The notes under the pieces: generated by a model
Told to the model about the DNA's origin: nothing
The model's input: only the letters and a program-made list of their open reading frames with translations
Databases searched by the model: none
Translations under genes and position numbers: made by a program
In this document: one piece after another, positions 62,701-64,000 of the stretch
Layout: each line of letters starts with the position of its first letter
Position numbering within the stretch: position 1 is the stretch's first letter
Assembly: GCF_022045235.1 (NCBI RefSeq)
Contig: NW_027266319.1
Span: forward strand, 47,120,001 to 47,184,000
Source: Haliotis cracherodii
Lineage: Eukaryota
Reading direction: 5' to 3'
DNA: 64,000 nucleotides

Positions 62701-64000
62701 TAACTATTGCAAACATAAAAAAAAATCATTATTAGACCAGTTGATGTTTTAGTTATTTGGTCCTATCAAAACAGATACTCAACTCAGATATTCATAGTAA
62801 CATTGATTTTCTGAAAGATATATATAGATCAAACAAATTTAAAACAAAACTCTTTTGTTTGATGATATGCTAAATACTGACATGGACAGGTCATAAAACT
62901 TCTGTACATGTGACAGCTTCAAATTGCTTTATTTTTTTAGGTGGGAGATACAAATGTTATCCACACAAATTGAGTTACTTTTGATGATGAACTGCTTTAT
63001 TTGTCTTTCTTTCATAGACACAGTCACTTGCAACACAACAGAATCAATGTGTATCACTCCAGCAGGGACAGGAACTGCAATTATGATGGAAGGTATTGAT
63101 CTTCTACCAATAAATTACATCATATTATAATATAATACATATATAGTTATTAATAACTTGGCATCAAAACAGTCATTGTAATCCAATATCAGAGACATTT
63201 GTCAGTTTTGAACAATGTACTGCACAAAATATATTATAAATGTGCTCAAACATTTTATTTTCAGACATCACAGCAAGAAAGGCACAAGGTGAACCAGGTA
63301 AAGATTTATGCAACATTTAGTCACACATTGTTATCAGTTTATCAATATCTGAACAGAACAAAGTTAAAATTACCACTTATTAAATTATAAGTGCAATCAG
63401 CGAAGTGTCAGAAGCTCGAATCTGGTAACATTGTCTTCAGTATAGAAAGATCCGGTAATACTTATCCATATAACAATACATGTCTGATAATGATGCTCTG
63501 GGTCAAGTTGGGGCTTGTATATTCAAAGGTGTTAGGCACTTGGCACTGTTAGTCACATTGAAATTGATTAATGATTTTCTTTATAATGAATGTAGGAATT
63601 TATCCAGGATTCCAAATTAAGTGCCCTTGGCTGTCAAATTGAATGCAATATTAGTGTAAAAACAGACATTAAAATATCTTCCTCTTCATCGGTCCTGTTA
63701 TCAGGGTTAAGTCAAGTTATGTGTTTTTATTTGTTTTATTTAAATAAAATATTGTAATTTTACATTTGCTGCATAATTGTGGCTGAATATCAAGCTGTGA
63801 TGAGTTTTACATAAACCCCTAAAATATACAAGACTGCAATATTGATTTAGACAATGTTTTATTACAGGACCAGATCCAGTTGCTGAAGCTATACAGCAAT
63901 TAATAGCTGTACAGAGCCAGATTCTCTTGGCAGAGAACAGAAGAGTAGAGATTGAGGAGGAGAAGTTAAAGCTTCTCAGGGAATTTGTACATGTTTCTCC
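59800..64000 (+). CDS. Second Harbinger Myb/SANT-like gene (3'-partial); exons 59800-59966, 60438-60600, 62287-62347, 62518-62610, 63018-63092, 63265-63297, 63401-63424, 63868->64000
   Basis: Exons 1-3 have the same lengths (167/163/61) and phases as in the first element; RKRN...RKKKIWEDILTKINA...KKKCQDLR...RTGGG; LIP.C.IEGI.GG; coiled-coil end. Confidence 0.85.
60831..61967 (+). mobile_element. Non-autonomous Helentron-associated element (HINE/DINE-1-like) with a 156-bp tandem core x6+
   Basis: 5' subTIR TTATCCCCCGCC with adjacent IR GCGGGGGATA, (GTCC/GTAC)n microsatellite, 156-bp repeats (60984, 61140, 61296...), 3' subTIR GGCGGGGGATA (61930-61940) and GTCAC-TCT-GTGAC stem-loop. Confidence 0.9.
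61975..62127 (+). mobile_element. SINE 3' fragment
   Basis: TTTCCTCCCAC...GATATTACTTGAATACTGTTAAAAGCGGCGTTAAACCC, the tail shared with the other SINEs here. Confidence 0.6.

Larger units (their letters stand above)
59557..64000. mobile_element. Second PIF/Harbinger transposon (different family), left part; runs off the window
   Basis: The satellite stops at CAG (59554-59556), then GGTACCGTTTAACAAAGC, similar to the TIR of the first element, followed by a homologous Myb gene. Confidence 0.9.

Overview
Repeat-dense animal genomic DNA, most likely molluscan. The SINE families resemble those I recall from abalone/gastropods, which is an inference. About half of the window is ~20 distinct minisatellite arrays (21-156 bp units), and these generate most of the long ORFs in the track as artefacts. 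Real content: (1) A complete, apparently intact autonomous PIF/Harbinger transposon (52202-57477). It has 42-bp perfect TIRs, a CAG TSD, an 8-exon Myb/SANT gene and a 4-exon DDE transposase. (2) A second, different Harbinger (59557 to the window end) inserted in the same 62-bp satellite, carrying a Helentron-type HINE in an intron. (3) An intact-looking Tc1 DD34E element (16050-17571), a decayed Tc1, and mariner and Tc1 relics. (4) A Kolobok-like TTAA element nested in a MITE. (5) tRNA-derived SINEs with TSDs, and LINE relics. (6) A 1.15-kb minus-strand reading frame encoding a B-box-like zinc finger plus a CCDC106-like domain. (7) A hidden minus-strand multi-exon host gene of unknown function, found as phase-compatible small exons at 576-27871 and possibly further. 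One putative intron of this gene carries ~49 tandem copies of a consensus 5' splice site. All family assignments come from motif recognition; no database searches were run.
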